Below are positions 30,894 to 40,810 of a stretch of DNA of 64,000 nucleotides, piece after piece (position 1 is the stretch's first letter; the number at the start of each line of letters is the position of its first letter). A program made the translations under genes and the position numbers. The DNA is from an uncultured bacterium (GTDB lineage Bacteria; Oederibacteriota; Oederibacteriia; Oederibacteriales; Oederibacteriaceae), in assembly GCA_965112635.1 (NCBI GenBank), contig OZ218778.1, forward strand, positions 416,001 to 480,000, given 5' to 3'. The notes beneath the pieces were generated by a model that searched no databases, had not been told where the DNA came from, and was given only the letters and a program-made list of their open reading frames with translations.

Positions 30894-32004
30894 TATGGAT
30901 GCGGCCTTCCCTGAATGCTTTATATTTGGTATTGATAAACTCCAAGAAATTGTGCTTAAAATTTTCCCGGTTAAACCGCTGGGCGTTCCTCCTGATCTTC
31001 TCAGGGTCGAACTTGATGCTGGCAAGTGTTTTTAAAGCCTCAACAAGAGAGGTTTCGCTTAGTTCATTGAAAAACAATCCGCTTTCTCCTGGAATGACCG
31101 TTTCCAGACACCCTCCCTTGGCATAGGCCACCACGGGCTTGCCCATGGCCTGCGCCTCGACCGGCACAATACCAAAGTCCTCTTCTCCTGGGAAAACCAA
31201 GGCTTTGCACTTGCTGTAATAATCTCTAAGCTCCTCATTGGACCGCCATCCCAGGAAACGCACTGTGGAACCGGCAGTTTTCTCTAGTCTTTTCCTTTCC
31301 ACACCTTCGCCAATGATGACCAAAGGCCAACCCAAAGTGTTAAAAACCTTGATCGCCAGATCTATCCTTTTATAAGGAACCAGGGCCGAAACAATGAGAT
31401 AAAAATCCTCCCCTCTGGATTTCTCGTTCTTAAAAAACTCAACATCGGCTGGAGGATAAATGACCTCGGCTTTCTGGTTGTAATACTTGTCTATCCGTGT
31501 GGCAACGTGTTTAGAAATGGCCGAAAAATAGTTGACCCTGGCGCTGGAGGCGGCATCCCAAGTTCTAAGGTAGCTTAAAAAATATGAAAGCAACTGGTAT
31601 TTAAAGAACGAACTTTTTTCTTTTGGAAAATATTCAAAGGTCTGGTCCCAAGCATAGCGCATGGGTGTGAAGCAGTAGCACAGGTGCAAGGTTTCTGGCC
31701 TAGTGATCACCCCTTTGGCTACGCAATGACTGGTGCTGATGACCAGGTCATAGGCCCTGAGATCGAACTGTTCGATGGCCATGGGGAACAGAGGCAGGTA
31801 ATGCTGGTACTTGGTCTGGGCAAACGGCAGATGCTGGATAAAAGAAGTCTGAATGCGGTGCTGGAGTAAGGCGGCTGAAACATTGGGCCTATTGAGCACA
31901 AGGGTAAAAATATCCGCCTCCGGAAAAAGTTCTCCCAAGCACTCCAGGACTTTTTCTCCCCCGCGCATGCCGGTCAGCCAGTCATGGACTAAAGCGACTT
32001 TCAC
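30886..32004 (-). CDS. GT4 glycosyltransferase (mannosyltransferase-like)
   Basis: VHDWLTGMRGGEKVL, YKRID, EDFGIVPVEAQA. Confidence 0.9.
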   Translation of the reverse strand: MKVALVHDWLTGMRGGEKVLECLGELFPEADIFTLVLNRPNVSAALLQHRIQTSFIQHLPFAQTKYQHYLPLFPMAIEQFDLRAYDLVISTSHCVAKGVITRPETLHLCYCFTPMRYAWDQTFEYFPKEKSSFFKYQLLSYFLSYLRTWDAASSARVNYFSAISKHVATRIDKYYNQKAEVIYPPADVEFFKNEKSRGEDFYLIVSALVPYKRIDLAIKVFNTLGWPLVIIGEGVERKRLEKTAGSTVRFLGWRSNEELRDYYSKCKALVFPGEEDFGIVPVEAQAMGKPVVAYAKGGCLETVIPGESGLFFNELSETSLVEALKTLASIKFDPEKIRRNAQRFNRENFKHNFLEFINTKYKAFREGRIHNA

Positions 32005-32226
32005 GTCTTAGATTCTCCTCATGAACTTGGATCATTCGTTCTTTTATTTTACCCTAATATTTTAGGACTACCCATAATATCTATGTGCCCTTTTTTCAAC
32101 TGGTTCCTGGTGTTTCTCCTACCGTTTTTGTCCTCAAAAACCCCACAGTTTTTCTTGATAATCCTTGAGGTTTCACCTCTATCAAATAATAGGGGATATG
32201 ACATTGAGGATAAACTGCGGGAAAAC

Positions 32227-32937
32227 CTAATCAAACAGATTGTATCTTAAGATAGTCCAGATAGCCGACACGCCATCTTTCCAGCTTATTTTTTTGCCTT
32301 CCGAATAATCCCGGCCGTAGTAGGAGACTGGTACTTCGTACACGCGGCATTTAAGCTTGGCTACTTTAGCGGTTACTTCCGGTTCAATTCCAAACCGATT
32401 GGATTTTAAATTCATCTTTTTTAGGACCTCCATCCGGAAGGCTTTATAGCAGGTTTCCATATCTGTCAGATTGAGGTCCGTCAACATATTGGAAAGCAGG
32501 GTCAAAAAAGTATTGCCCACAAAATGCCAGAAAAATAAAACCCGACGCGGAGCCCCGTCAAAACGGGAACCGTAAACAACATCAGCTTTATTTTCAAGGA
32601 TTGGGGCCAGCAATTTACCGTAATCCTTTGGATCGTACTCCAGGTCGGCGTCCTGAATGACGGCGTAGTCTCCGGTGGCTGCTTCCATGGCCCTGCGTAT
32701 GGCCGAACCTTTCCCTTGGTTCTTCTCTTGGTAGTAGACCTTCAAAAATTTCGATCCGCGATATTTTATTTCCATAGCCTGCAGTATTTTTTTGGTACGG
32801 TCCGTCGAATCGTCATCCACGATGATGAGCTCCTTGGTCAATGAGCCCGGAAGCTTGGCCTTCCTGACTTTTAGGACAATCTCTTCAAGGGTCCTTTCTT
32901 CGTTATAAACCGGCATTAACACGGAAAGTTTTTTCAT
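32227..32937 (-). CDS. GT2 DPM1-like polyprenol-phosphate glycosyltransferase
   Basis: PVYNEE, DDDSTD, NQGKG, QDADLEY, VYGSRF, TDMETCYK, FGIEPE. Confidence 0.88.
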   Translation of the reverse strand: MKKLSVLMPVYNEERTLEEIVLKVRKAKLPGSLTKELIIVDDDSTDRTKKILQAMEIKYRGSKFLKVYYQEKNQGKGSAIRRAMEAATGDYAVIQDADLEYDPKDYGKLLAPILENKADVVYGSRFDGAPRRVLFFWHFVGNTFLTLLSNMLTDLNLTDMETCYKAFRMEVLKKMNLKSNRFGIEPEVTAKVAKLKCRVYEVPVSYYGRDYSEGKKISWKDGVSAIWTILRYNLFD

Positions 32938-32983
32938 CTTTGTCCTTTTTGGCGGATCCTTCTCCCTAGAACCGCCTGCTTTT

Positions 32984-33994
32984 TTATCTTGAGGGATTCA
33001 AGATCCGCTTGAACCGATTGGCTAAAAGACGTCGGTCCAAGACAGGGGTCAAGATAGATCTCAAATATCTGATGGAAACAACTCTTTTCTGTTGGATACC
33101 CTTCCTTTTTGCCAGTATCAAAGGGAAGTTCCTCAGAAAATCAAGCTTCCCTTTCAAATAGGCGCGCCACTGCCCGCGGATAACGCAAAAATAAAATAAC
33201 CCACCGATCTCTTGGACGACCTTATGGTGCAGATAACGGACCATCAGAGGAAAAGGCATGTTCTTCAGTCCGACATACTCATCGTTCCTGGCTAAAAAAT
33301 AAATGCCTCTGTCAAAGGTCTTGGAAAGGGTCGCGTTGACCCTGTGGCGCACCCAGGCCTGGGATACATAAAGGCATTTCCATCCCATAAGCTGGGCCCG
33401 AAAATTAAGGTCCGTATCTTCACAGTTCAAGTAAAAATCTTCATCAAAAAAACCTATCTCATCGATCATCTTTCTGCGGTATAGGGCCGCCCCGGCACAG
33501 GCGCCAAAAACAAACTTCTTTTCCATAAAACCCAGGGCGGGCTCACGGTTCCCCATTTTGATACCATGGCCGGAGGTAAGGCATCCGTCGCCCCCGCTGT
33601 CTATGATGTCGGGCCGGTCGTAAAAGACCATCCTCGACGCGCATAGTCCTATCCGGTCGTCCTCTGCCATACCCTGGACCAGCGCCGCGAGCCATTTGCT
33701 GTCAGGGCAGGCATCGTTGTTGAGCAGAGCGACCAGTTCCCCTGTAGCGGACTTTAACCCCTCGACGTTCCCGCCGGCAAATCCTTTATTCTCGGACAAG
33801 GCCACACTCTTGACGGCCGGATAATGGCTTTTGAGGAAGAAAACGGAATCATCTTTGGAACCGTTATCGACGACGACGATCTCGACCGCCGGATAAGTCT
33901 GGGCCAACAGCGCGTCCATGCACTCCTGCAGCATGGACCGCCCGTTCCAGTTGACAACGATGACCGATACGAGCTTCAGGGACATTGGCTTCAC
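32984..33994 (-). CDS. GT2 glycosyltransferase (WbbL/rhamnosyltransferase-like)
   Basis: VVNWNG, DNGSKD, GFAGGN, LLNND, FDEDF...EDTD. Confidence 0.85.
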   Translation of the reverse strand: MKPMSLKLVSVIVVNWNGRSMLQECMDALLAQTYPAVEIVVVDNGSKDDSVFFLKSHYPAVKSVALSENKGFAGGNVEGLKSATGELVALLNNDACPDSKWLAALVQGMAEDDRIGLCASRMVFYDRPDIIDSGGDGCLTSGHGIKMGNREPALGFMEKKFVFGACAGAALYRRKMIDEIGFFDEDFYLNCEDTDLNFRAQLMGWKCLYVSQAWVRHRVNATLSKTFDRGIYFLARNDEYVGLKNMPFPLMVRYLHHKVVQEIGGLFYFCVIRGQWRAYLKGKLDFLRNFPLILAKRKGIQQKRVVSIRYLRSILTPVLDRRLLANRFKRILNPSR

Positions 33995-34048
33995 CGACCT
34001 GCCCTTCCCAAGACTGGATAACCGCCAAGCGTCTGTTCCAAGGGCGGC

Positions 34049-35695
34049 CTAGTTTTCCGCTCCGCCCTCATATAATCCGCAGAACCTGAATCTAAGGATC
34101 GCCCACAACCAGGTCAAAGGGTCCCAGAGCATCTTAACTTTTTTCCCCTCTCTAAAGGACCTCGATCTGTAGTTGACCGGAATCTCCAACGGCTGGTATC
34201 CTTTGCGCAAAAGCTTGATCATGAGCTCGAAATCAAAATCAAAGCGGTTAGCCTTGAAAGTCAAACCATATATGCAGTCTTTCCGAAATACCTTGAACAT
34301 GGTGAAGGGGTCTTTTAACTTTGAACCGCAAAAAATGTTCAACAAAAACGTAAAAATAAGGTGACCCAGATTCAAAGAAAACGCCTTGGCTGGCTCATGC
34401 GTAAATTCCCTTATTTTCCAGCTTTTGGAGTGGCGGGACCCCAGGACAAAAGACTGCTGATGCCGTAAAATAGGTTCTAACAATTGTTCGTAATCATTCA
34501 GGTCATATTCTAGGTCCCCGTCTTGGATAATCACGATGCCCCCCGAAGCCTGGGCAAGTCCTGTCCTGACCGCGTGGCCCTTCCCTTTGGGTGACTCCTC
34601 CAGAACAACCTTAACGCCCTGCCTGTTCTTATATTTCAGCACCGCTTCCCGTGTTCCATCGGTCGAACCGCTTTCCACGACAATAATCTCTCTTTTAATC
34701 CCGGAGATTTTCTTTTTGAGTAATAATTCCATCAAGTTTTCAAAAGTCTTTATTTCATTAAAAACCGGAATAATGACGGACAGCTTCTCCTCTTCTTTGG
34801 TTTCGACGCTTCGGCATAATACGTTTATCCCGCTGGCGACTGTTTTAACTTTCAACGTTTTCAAAAACCTAGGGGAAATACGGGTCAATAAAGCCAGTAA
34901 ACTCGAAAAAAACGGGACTTTAAAACGGGAAAAATGGTGGTTGATATAATCCAGGGTTAAATACTTATAGGTTGGTGTTATTTGGATATTCTCAAACCCG
35001 CTTTTGATAAGAAGATTTCTGCTTGTTTGTTTATTAAAATAAAACAAGTGTTCTGCTTTAAATTCCAGCCAATTTTGTTTCAATAGTCTGGCCGACCAAT
35101 TGTCCAGACTGGGAGTGGAAAAAAACAGAACACCATCAGGCTTTAAGGATTTTTTTACGTTCTTTAGCAGGGCAATGGGGTCGCGCGAGTGTTCGATAAC
35201 ATCGAACATTACGCAAACATCAAAGTATTTATCCGGAAATTTAATCTTTTCAAAACTACCGCACTGGACGCGCCTGCCGCCAAGTTTTTGATTTGAAATT
35301 TGGCAGGCATGGGGTGATATATCGTTGCCCGTAACTGTAAACCCGTACTCTTTGGCTGCGGCAAGAAAATGCCCTTCCCCGCACCCGATCTCCAGTAATC
35401 TACCTTTACTGTGGCCTTTATAGTTGACCAATTGTTGAAGGTATAAATCAACGGTGGCTTTTTTCATTGCCTGAATATTTGCGTTATCTTCTTCCGATTT
35501 ACTGCCCAGAAAATAATCACAAGAGTATATTTCCTTTAAGGCTTGATCGGAAGGTTGGGGGTTAAAAAACATTAGGCCGCAGTCGGAGCATTCGCATACA
35601 GGATAACCTTTAGAAACAAATTCATAAATAAGTCTATCCCCATTGCAAATGGGACAAAAATGCCTAAAAAAGCGACTTAAATTTTTTCTGGCCAT
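34049..35695 (-). CDS. Fusion of Zn-ribbon class I SAM methyltransferase and DPM1-like GT2
   Basis: CPIC/CSDC, LEIGCGEG, FDVIEH, KPDG; then PVFNE, ESGSTD, GKG, QDGDLEY, GSR, FDFDFE. Confidence 0.8.
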   Translation of the reverse strand: MARKNLSRFFRHFCPICNGDRLIYEFVSKGYPVCECSDCGLMFFNPQPSDQALKEIYSCDYFLGSKSEEDNANIQAMKKATVDLYLQQLVNYKGHSKGRLLEIGCGEGHFLAAAKEYGFTVTGNDISPHACQISNQKLGGRRVQCGSFEKIKFPDKYFDVCVMFDVIEHSRDPIALLKNVKKSLKPDGVLFFSTPSLDNWSARLLKQNWLEFKAEHLFYFNKQTSRNLLIKSGFENIQITPTYKYLTLDYINHHFSRFKVPFFSSLLALLTRISPRFLKTLKVKTVASGINVLCRSVETKEEEKLSVIIPVFNEIKTFENLMELLLKKKISGIKREIIVVESGSTDGTREAVLKYKNRQGVKVVLEESPKGKGHAVRTGLAQASGGIVIIQDGDLEYDLNDYEQLLEPILRHQQSFVLGSRHSKSWKIREFTHEPAKAFSLNLGHLIFTFLLNIFCGSKLKDPFTMFKVFRKDCIYGLTFKANRFDFDFELMIKLLRKGYQPLEIPVNYRSRSFREGKKVKMLWDPLTWLWAILRFRFCGLYEGGAEN

Positions 35696-35925
35696 AATGT
35701 CGAGGGTTACTCCTTTTATGAATTAAGAAAGCATCACTGACTCGGCATGAAATGCTTTTATCTCTTTAATTGACCAAGCTTAATCCCAGAACAGCATTAT
35801 ACATTAATCAAATGTATCATAACTTACCCTTAAACTTGTTCGAAGTACGGCTTGGCTTTGACATTAACCATAAAATAAAATTTATCTATTTAATCTCCAC
35901 TGATTCTTTTTTTAAATTGCTTAAT

Positions 35926-36801
35926 TTAAAAAGGTGATTGTTTCTGAGCTATAACTAAAAATTCACCGATTTTGAAAGCAATGGGACATTGAAAAATAAC
36001 GGGTAGGCGTTTTCCTATATTTAAGCCTATCTTGACAGACTTTGGAAAGTAAATAATCAATTGTTTGAGCAGAAAATCTAGGCTCATCACTTTGACGGCG
36101 TCCTGGACAGCTAAAGTTCTAAGGCCGGCCTGGACTAGCAAAGTATTGAAATAGCGGCGTGAAAAAAGATGGGTGTGTTGGTAAGGTTCTAACATGGGCC
36201 AGCGTCGTCCCATCAAGACCCTTAACCAAGAATCCGTATTCGGGGTGGCCACCATTAGGAACCCGCCCGGCTTGATCAGGCTGGCCCATTGCTTGAGGCT
36301 CTCCAGGGGTTGGCGTGTATGCTCTAGGATATCGAATGCGGTCACCACATCATACTGACCGATATTCATCTGATTGATATCCCCCACCCGAATCCTTTCT
36401 TTGATCCCTGGTGCCGCGGCCCCAACAGCCTCTTCTGAGAGTTCCACTCCCCAGGCATCAAAACCGTCTTTGAGAGCGACCTCTACCATGTACCCGCTTG
36501 AGCATCCTAGATCGAGTAACTTGCCCTTGGAAGCGAAACGATCGAGCAATTTCAAGCGCCTTTCAAAGGTCTTGATCTTGAGGTCACGTCCCTTGAGGTT
36601 CTCCTTGTACAATCCTTCCCGGTAGTGTTCTTCCACGTATTTTTTCATGGCCTCAGGTGTGGGTAAAGGGTCCAGGAACACGGTCCGGCAGTTTGGACAG
36701 CGCCAGTAGGTCCCCTCTGAGAATTTATGGTACAGGGAGGACGGAGTGGCGCAAAGATGACAGGTCACTTTCGTTTCCATATTTTCCCCTATCCTTTCCA
36801 T
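35926..36801 (-). CDS. Zn-ribbon class I SAM-dependent methyltransferase
   Basis: CHLC/CPNC, LDLGCSSG, FDILEH, KPGG, TPN. Confidence 0.85.
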   Translation of the reverse strand: MERIGENMETKVTCHLCATPSSLYHKFSEGTYWRCPNCRTVFLDPLPTPEAMKKYVEEHYREGLYKENLKGRDLKIKTFERRLKLLDRFASKGKLLDLGCSSGYMVEVALKDGFDAWGVELSEEAVGAAAPGIKERIRVGDINQMNIGQYDVVTAFDILEHTRQPLESLKQWASLIKPGGFLMVATPNTDSWLRVLMGRRWPMLEPYQHTHLFSRRYFNTLLVQAGLRTLAVQDAVKVMSLDFLLKQLIIYFPKSVKIGLNIGKRLPVIFQCPIAFKIGEFLVIAQKQSPF

Positions 36802-36968
36802 TCAAGGGATGACCGGGAACGCAGCGCGTAAGGGTCGTCAAATATATTAGTTCGCGACTATAAAATAACTTCCCTGCATCCTATCTCAAACAATTTCCTG
36901 GAGTATTTTCCCCTGTACCTGCCAGCTCCTGGAAATGCAAATCGCTTGCACCCTTCTTCATCTTGGGG

Positions 36969-39923
36969 TTAATTTTTCAATACTGTCATTATTACAATCC
37001 CCAAAAAAGCAATACAAGTTATTATCAAACCGAGCATGAACAAAAATGGCTTGTAGACAAATTCAACGATGTGCCTGCCTGGATCCAAAAAGACCCCGCG
37101 GAATAAATAGTTGACACCCAAAAGGCTTGAGGCTTTGCCGTCCACATAGACCTTCCATCCAGGATAGTTCGAATCCGTTAGCATCAAGATCCCCGGTTTC
37201 TTGGTTTCCGCTTCAATTTTGACCCTTTGCGAGCTATAGGACAAAATACTGGCTGGGACAGCTTTACTAGCCAGACCTCTGCTCAAAGTCTTTAGTTGTT
37301 CCACTTTATCTGCTTGTTCCTTTGATAAGACCACGTATCTCCAGGGGTCAAAACGGCCGTCTTTTAACCGGGAAAGCACTTCCCTTTCACTGCCAACAAC
37401 TTCTATAGAATTAAAGATAGCGGCCCTTGGCAAGGGGTCTGAAATTTCGTAGATCTTAACCTCATTGTCGTAGATCTTCTTAAAAAAAGGATCTTGTTTC
37501 CGCCTTTGGTGCTGAACCCCTTGGTCATCGACAAAACTCAGCTTTCCCCATCCTGCCCGAGATGCCGAGATCAAATTACTGACACCAGGGCCCGTTGAAA
37601 ACAGCAGATCGATTCTTTTTCCAGAGAACCTTCGCAGATCTAAATTTAGTTCCTGCCATCCTCTGTCCTGGGAGTTGTTCTTAGGATCAAGGATCCTTTC
37701 AAATACTTTCTCGATGTTTTTCCCGTCCCTGACCTCCAAAATAAACCTGGCCCCGCTGGTCACCGAGTAAACATTGGGCTCAAGGATAATACCCAAATGG
37801 AGAAAAGGGGTTCGCCGATCAATAACGGTTGTATACGGAAGTCTTGAACTGGGCGGATATTGGCACAGGACCGTTTCAAAACCTCCGTTCACTTTGATGG
37901 TTTTTTTCGTAAACCCGCTCTCATCAGCGCGGTCCTGTCCAGCCAGGATCGCTTCAGAAACATCACCCCTGGAGCCATAAGACGAGATGCTCAACAAATA
38001 TTTGATAGAGGACAACTCAAGGAATCTCTTTTCTAGAGGGGTCTTAAACGAGTAATCGTACATTTTATCGTAGCCGGTGAACCTGTCGGCTAGGTCCTCA
38101 TGGACCCTCGCCTCATCACCAGGAGCAAGAAGAAAATTCCTGATAAATTCCCTGTAAGGCCGGTACATCATCGCGGTCAAAGAGCGGACGTCATACAAAC
38201 CGAATGTCCCTGCCCAATTGGGAAACAGGACCCCTTCCCGCCCGAACACCCTTGAACCATCGCTCGTTTTGGTCTCTAAAAAATCAACATAGGAGGCTCC
38301 CTGGTAGGGGCTGTATCGGGCAGGAGGGATTTTGTTGACGGAATACAGGCAAGGAAAAATATAATTCAGGAACAGTTCAGCGCAAAGAAAGACCAGCAGC
38401 AGCAGCGGCGCCCAGGAATGTTTTTCCTTTCTGAATAGAAACAAGAACAGGGTGACCGCCGCCAAACTAACCGCCGTGACAAGGACACTACCATAAAAGA
38501 CCAATGACCAGGCGGGTAAAACATGTATCTGGGGGAGCCAAGACAGGGCCAGTCCCATAAGCACCGCCAGGCAAATCACTCCAGTAGTCACGCCAAGCCA
38601 TCGCTCCTCCCGGTGCTCCATCCAGGCGAACAAACCCGTTCCCGCCAGAAAAGCCATGGAAAAACCCATCAAAGGTTCTTGGTATTTCGTAAAAGTGACC
38701 ATATTGGCGACCGGGACCCCTCCGATCCAATTCACCAGGGGAGAACCGAATCGTTTCATGAGCATCAAAATGATACTAAGACCGAAGAAGCAAACGATGA
38801 TCCGCAGGGGGTTACGGGTTCTTTCCCAAAAACTCATGGAGGCCAAAACCGCCATAAGAGCGAATAAAAAAACCACGCCCCCCCAATAAGCCACGAGCCC
38901 GGTAAAACCCGTTAAGCCCGTGAGGATGCAGTTATAGATTGGGCCGAATGCCAGAGGGACCAGATAGGTAAGGGTCATGCGGAGGTCTCCCTCATGGAGC
39001 AAGCCCACGATATCTCTAACATTCCCCGGTTGGTGAGTATCTGAGGAGAGGCGCATGAACTCAACGAACGGCAGGAGCAGAAAAGCGGCCAGGCAAAAAC
39101 CCATCGCGTAGGCCGCAACGATCTCCATGATGGGGACAGACCAATTAGCCCGCAGTTCGCTATCCGTCAGGATGCGAAACAGAGCATATAGACATCCATA
39201 AACCAGGATCAGGAATGTACTTTCCGGCATACCGGCCACGATAACCTGCCATATCATAAGGGATGCCAGCACGATGTTTTTCTTGCCTTTATTCCTAAGG
39301 AGCAGTTCAAAAGCCCAGAACACGGAAGGCAGTAAAACTTCCACGCTCAGATGATCCACCGGGAGGAAAACGATAAAATACCCGGAGAACATGAAAGCAA
39401 TGGACGAGAATAGAGAGGGCAGGAACGGGAGGAACAACTTTGCGAAAAGGAACATGAAAACACCCGCGGTCAAAAACCGGAATATAAGGAAAAGATCCCT
39501 GGACGCTATATTAGGGAAAGGAAAGAACAACAGGTTGGACGGATTGAATGCGGCCGCCTGCATACCTGCTGCCAGGGGCATGCCGTAAGCTTCATAGGGG
39601 TCCCACAAAGGGAGATTTTTCTCCTGGAAATATTGGTGGGAAATGATCTTGAACAAGGGGTCTGCGTGCCAGGCGGAGGCACCAGGATCGGCTGTCCACA
39701 GGAATCTTTTGGGGGGAATATTTTCTCCGTAGGCTCCGGTTGGCAGGATGCTGGGAACGTCCCGGACACTGGTCAACAGGGTCTTTCCACACCAAATAAC
39801 GGGAAAAAAGAAAATATTAAGGACCACAATTAAAATAAATAATGCTTTCAGAGCATCGTTCCGTAACAGTTTCAACGCCCTCATCCTCCAGCTTTCGGTA
39901 GTCCGCCATGCTCTTTCCACCAC
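36969..39923 (-). CDS. YfhO-family GT-C membrane glycosyltransferase
   Basis: LPLWDPY..GMP, about 12 TMs, LPRA, LTDSNYPGWKVYVDG, NYLFRGV.L.PG.H.VEF.YKP, C-terminal TM; true start may be an internal Met. Confidence 0.82.
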   Translation of the reverse strand: MVERAWRTTESWRMRALKLLRNDALKALFILIVVLNIFFFPVIWCGKTLLTSVRDVPSILPTGAYGENIPPKRFLWTADPGASAWHADPLFKIISHQYFQEKNLPLWDPYEAYGMPLAAGMQAAAFNPSNLLFFPFPNIASRDLFLIFRFLTAGVFMFLFAKLFLPFLPSLFSSIAFMFSGYFIVFLPVDHLSVEVLLPSVFWAFELLLRNKGKKNIVLASLMIWQVIVAGMPESTFLILVYGCLYALFRILTDSELRANWSVPIMEIVAAYAMGFCLAAFLLLPFVEFMRLSSDTHQPGNVRDIVGLLHEGDLRMTLTYLVPLAFGPIYNCILTGLTGFTGLVAYWGGVVFLFALMAVLASMSFWERTRNPLRIIVCFFGLSIILMLMKRFGSPLVNWIGGVPVANMVTFTKYQEPLMGFSMAFLAGTGLFAWMEHREERWLGVTTGVICLAVLMGLALSWLPQIHVLPAWSLVFYGSVLVTAVSLAAVTLFLFLFRKEKHSWAPLLLLVFLCAELFLNYIFPCLYSVNKIPPARYSPYQGASYVDFLETKTSDGSRVFGREGVLFPNWAGTFGLYDVRSLTAMMYRPYREFIRNFLLAPGDEARVHEDLADRFTGYDKMYDYSFKTPLEKRFLELSSIKYLLSISSYGSRGDVSEAILAGQDRADESGFTKKTIKVNGGFETVLCQYPPSSRLPYTTVIDRRTPFLHLGIILEPNVYSVTSGARFILEVRDGKNIEKVFERILDPKNNSQDRGWQELNLDLRRFSGKRIDLLFSTGPGVSNLISASRAGWGKLSFVDDQGVQHQRRKQDPFFKKIYDNEVKIYEISDPLPRAAIFNSIEVVGSEREVLSRLKDGRFDPWRYVVLSKEQADKVEQLKTLSRGLASKAVPASILSYSSQRVKIEAETKKPGILMLTDSNYPGWKVYVDGKASSLLGVNYLFRGVFLDPGRHIVEFVYKPFLFMLGLIITCIAFLGIVIMTVLKN

Positions 39924-40810
39924 TCAATGGCTTGGTCCAACCCCTGCTCCAGATCGTACTTGGGGTGGAAACCGACCTCATCTTTTAACCGCCCAACATC
40001 TGCCGTGAGCTGAAAGGGTTCATTTTCAGGAAAAGGGACCGCACCAAAGTCGACCAAGCCCATTCTGCCTAACTTCAAGGCGATCGTTTCAACGACCTGT
40101 CGGACGGGTTGGGCTTGGCCCGAAGCAATATTGACCGGACCTTCCACCCCAGAATCCAAAAGGGCCACAAAAGAGTTCGCGACATCTTCCACGTGCATGA
40201 AATCCCTTTGCTGGCGGCCATGGGTGCATCGGGCGCGTTCTCCTTTTAATAACGCAAGGATTACTGAGGGGACTAACCGGGCAGGGTTTTCATAGGGACC
40301 GTAGAGAAGGAAGATCCTTCCCCAGGCCCCGCTTAGTCCGTTCTGCTGGCAGGTGGCTGTAAAGGTCTGCTGCAGCAAATGCTTGCTTTTTCCATACAAA
40401 GTACCGGGATTCAAGGGTGTTCGCCCCTCTAGGCACGTCCCATAGCTCCAATCGTATTCAGCACAGGTGCCGGCGAACACCAAACGTTTCCCGCCGTTCC
40501 TAGAAAAGTTCTTGAGAAGCTCTTGGCTGGCCTGCACCCAACGGTGGTTTTCCGGGGAGGCCCAGAACTTACCATGTACGGCATACCAGGCGAAATGAAG
40601 GAGAAAGGAAGGTTTGACCTCTGCAAAAAGCTCTGCCTGCGCCCTGGGGTCCAAAAGGTCGCATTCATGCCTTTGGACTTTTTGAGGAAGCCAAGCCATT
40701 TCACGGGTCCGGATATCGGCCAGATGTACCTCGTATCCGCGTCTCAGGAGTTCAGGAAGAGCCTGGCGACCGATGAATCCGCCGCCTCCGGTCAGGATGA
40801 TCTTTTTCAT
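39881..40810 (-). CDS. NAD(P)-dependent NDP-4-keto-sugar reductase/epimerase (RfbJ-like)
   Basis: TGGGGFIG, HFAW, GTCAEY, YGKSK, RDFMHV. Confidence 0.8.
   Translation of the reverse strand: MKKIILTGGGGFIGRQALPELLRRGYEVHLADIRTREMAWLPQKVQRHECDLLDPRAQAELFAEVKPSFLLHFAWYAVHGKFWASPENHRWVQASQELLKNFSRNGGKRLVFAGTCAEYDWSYGTCLEGRTPLNPGTLYGKSKHLLQQTFTATCQQNGLSGAWGRIFLLYGPYENPARLVPSVILALLKGERARCTHGRQQRDFMHVEDVANSFVALLDSGVEGPVNIASGQAQPVRQVVETIALKLGRMGLVDFGAVPFPENEPFQLTADVGRLKDEVGFHPKYDLEQGLDQAIEWWKEHGGLPKAGG

Noticed and set aside
30894-31025. N-terminal extension of the WcaJ-like ORF (and similar extensions of icd, coaE, the galE-like gene and rfbG)
   Set aside because: These extensions overlap upstream genes or precede better-supported starts; starts were moved to the conserved N-termini.
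32049-32234. 61-aa ORF between the GT2 and GT4 genes
   Set aside because: No SD, no motif and AT-rich; more likely an intergenic regulatory spacer.
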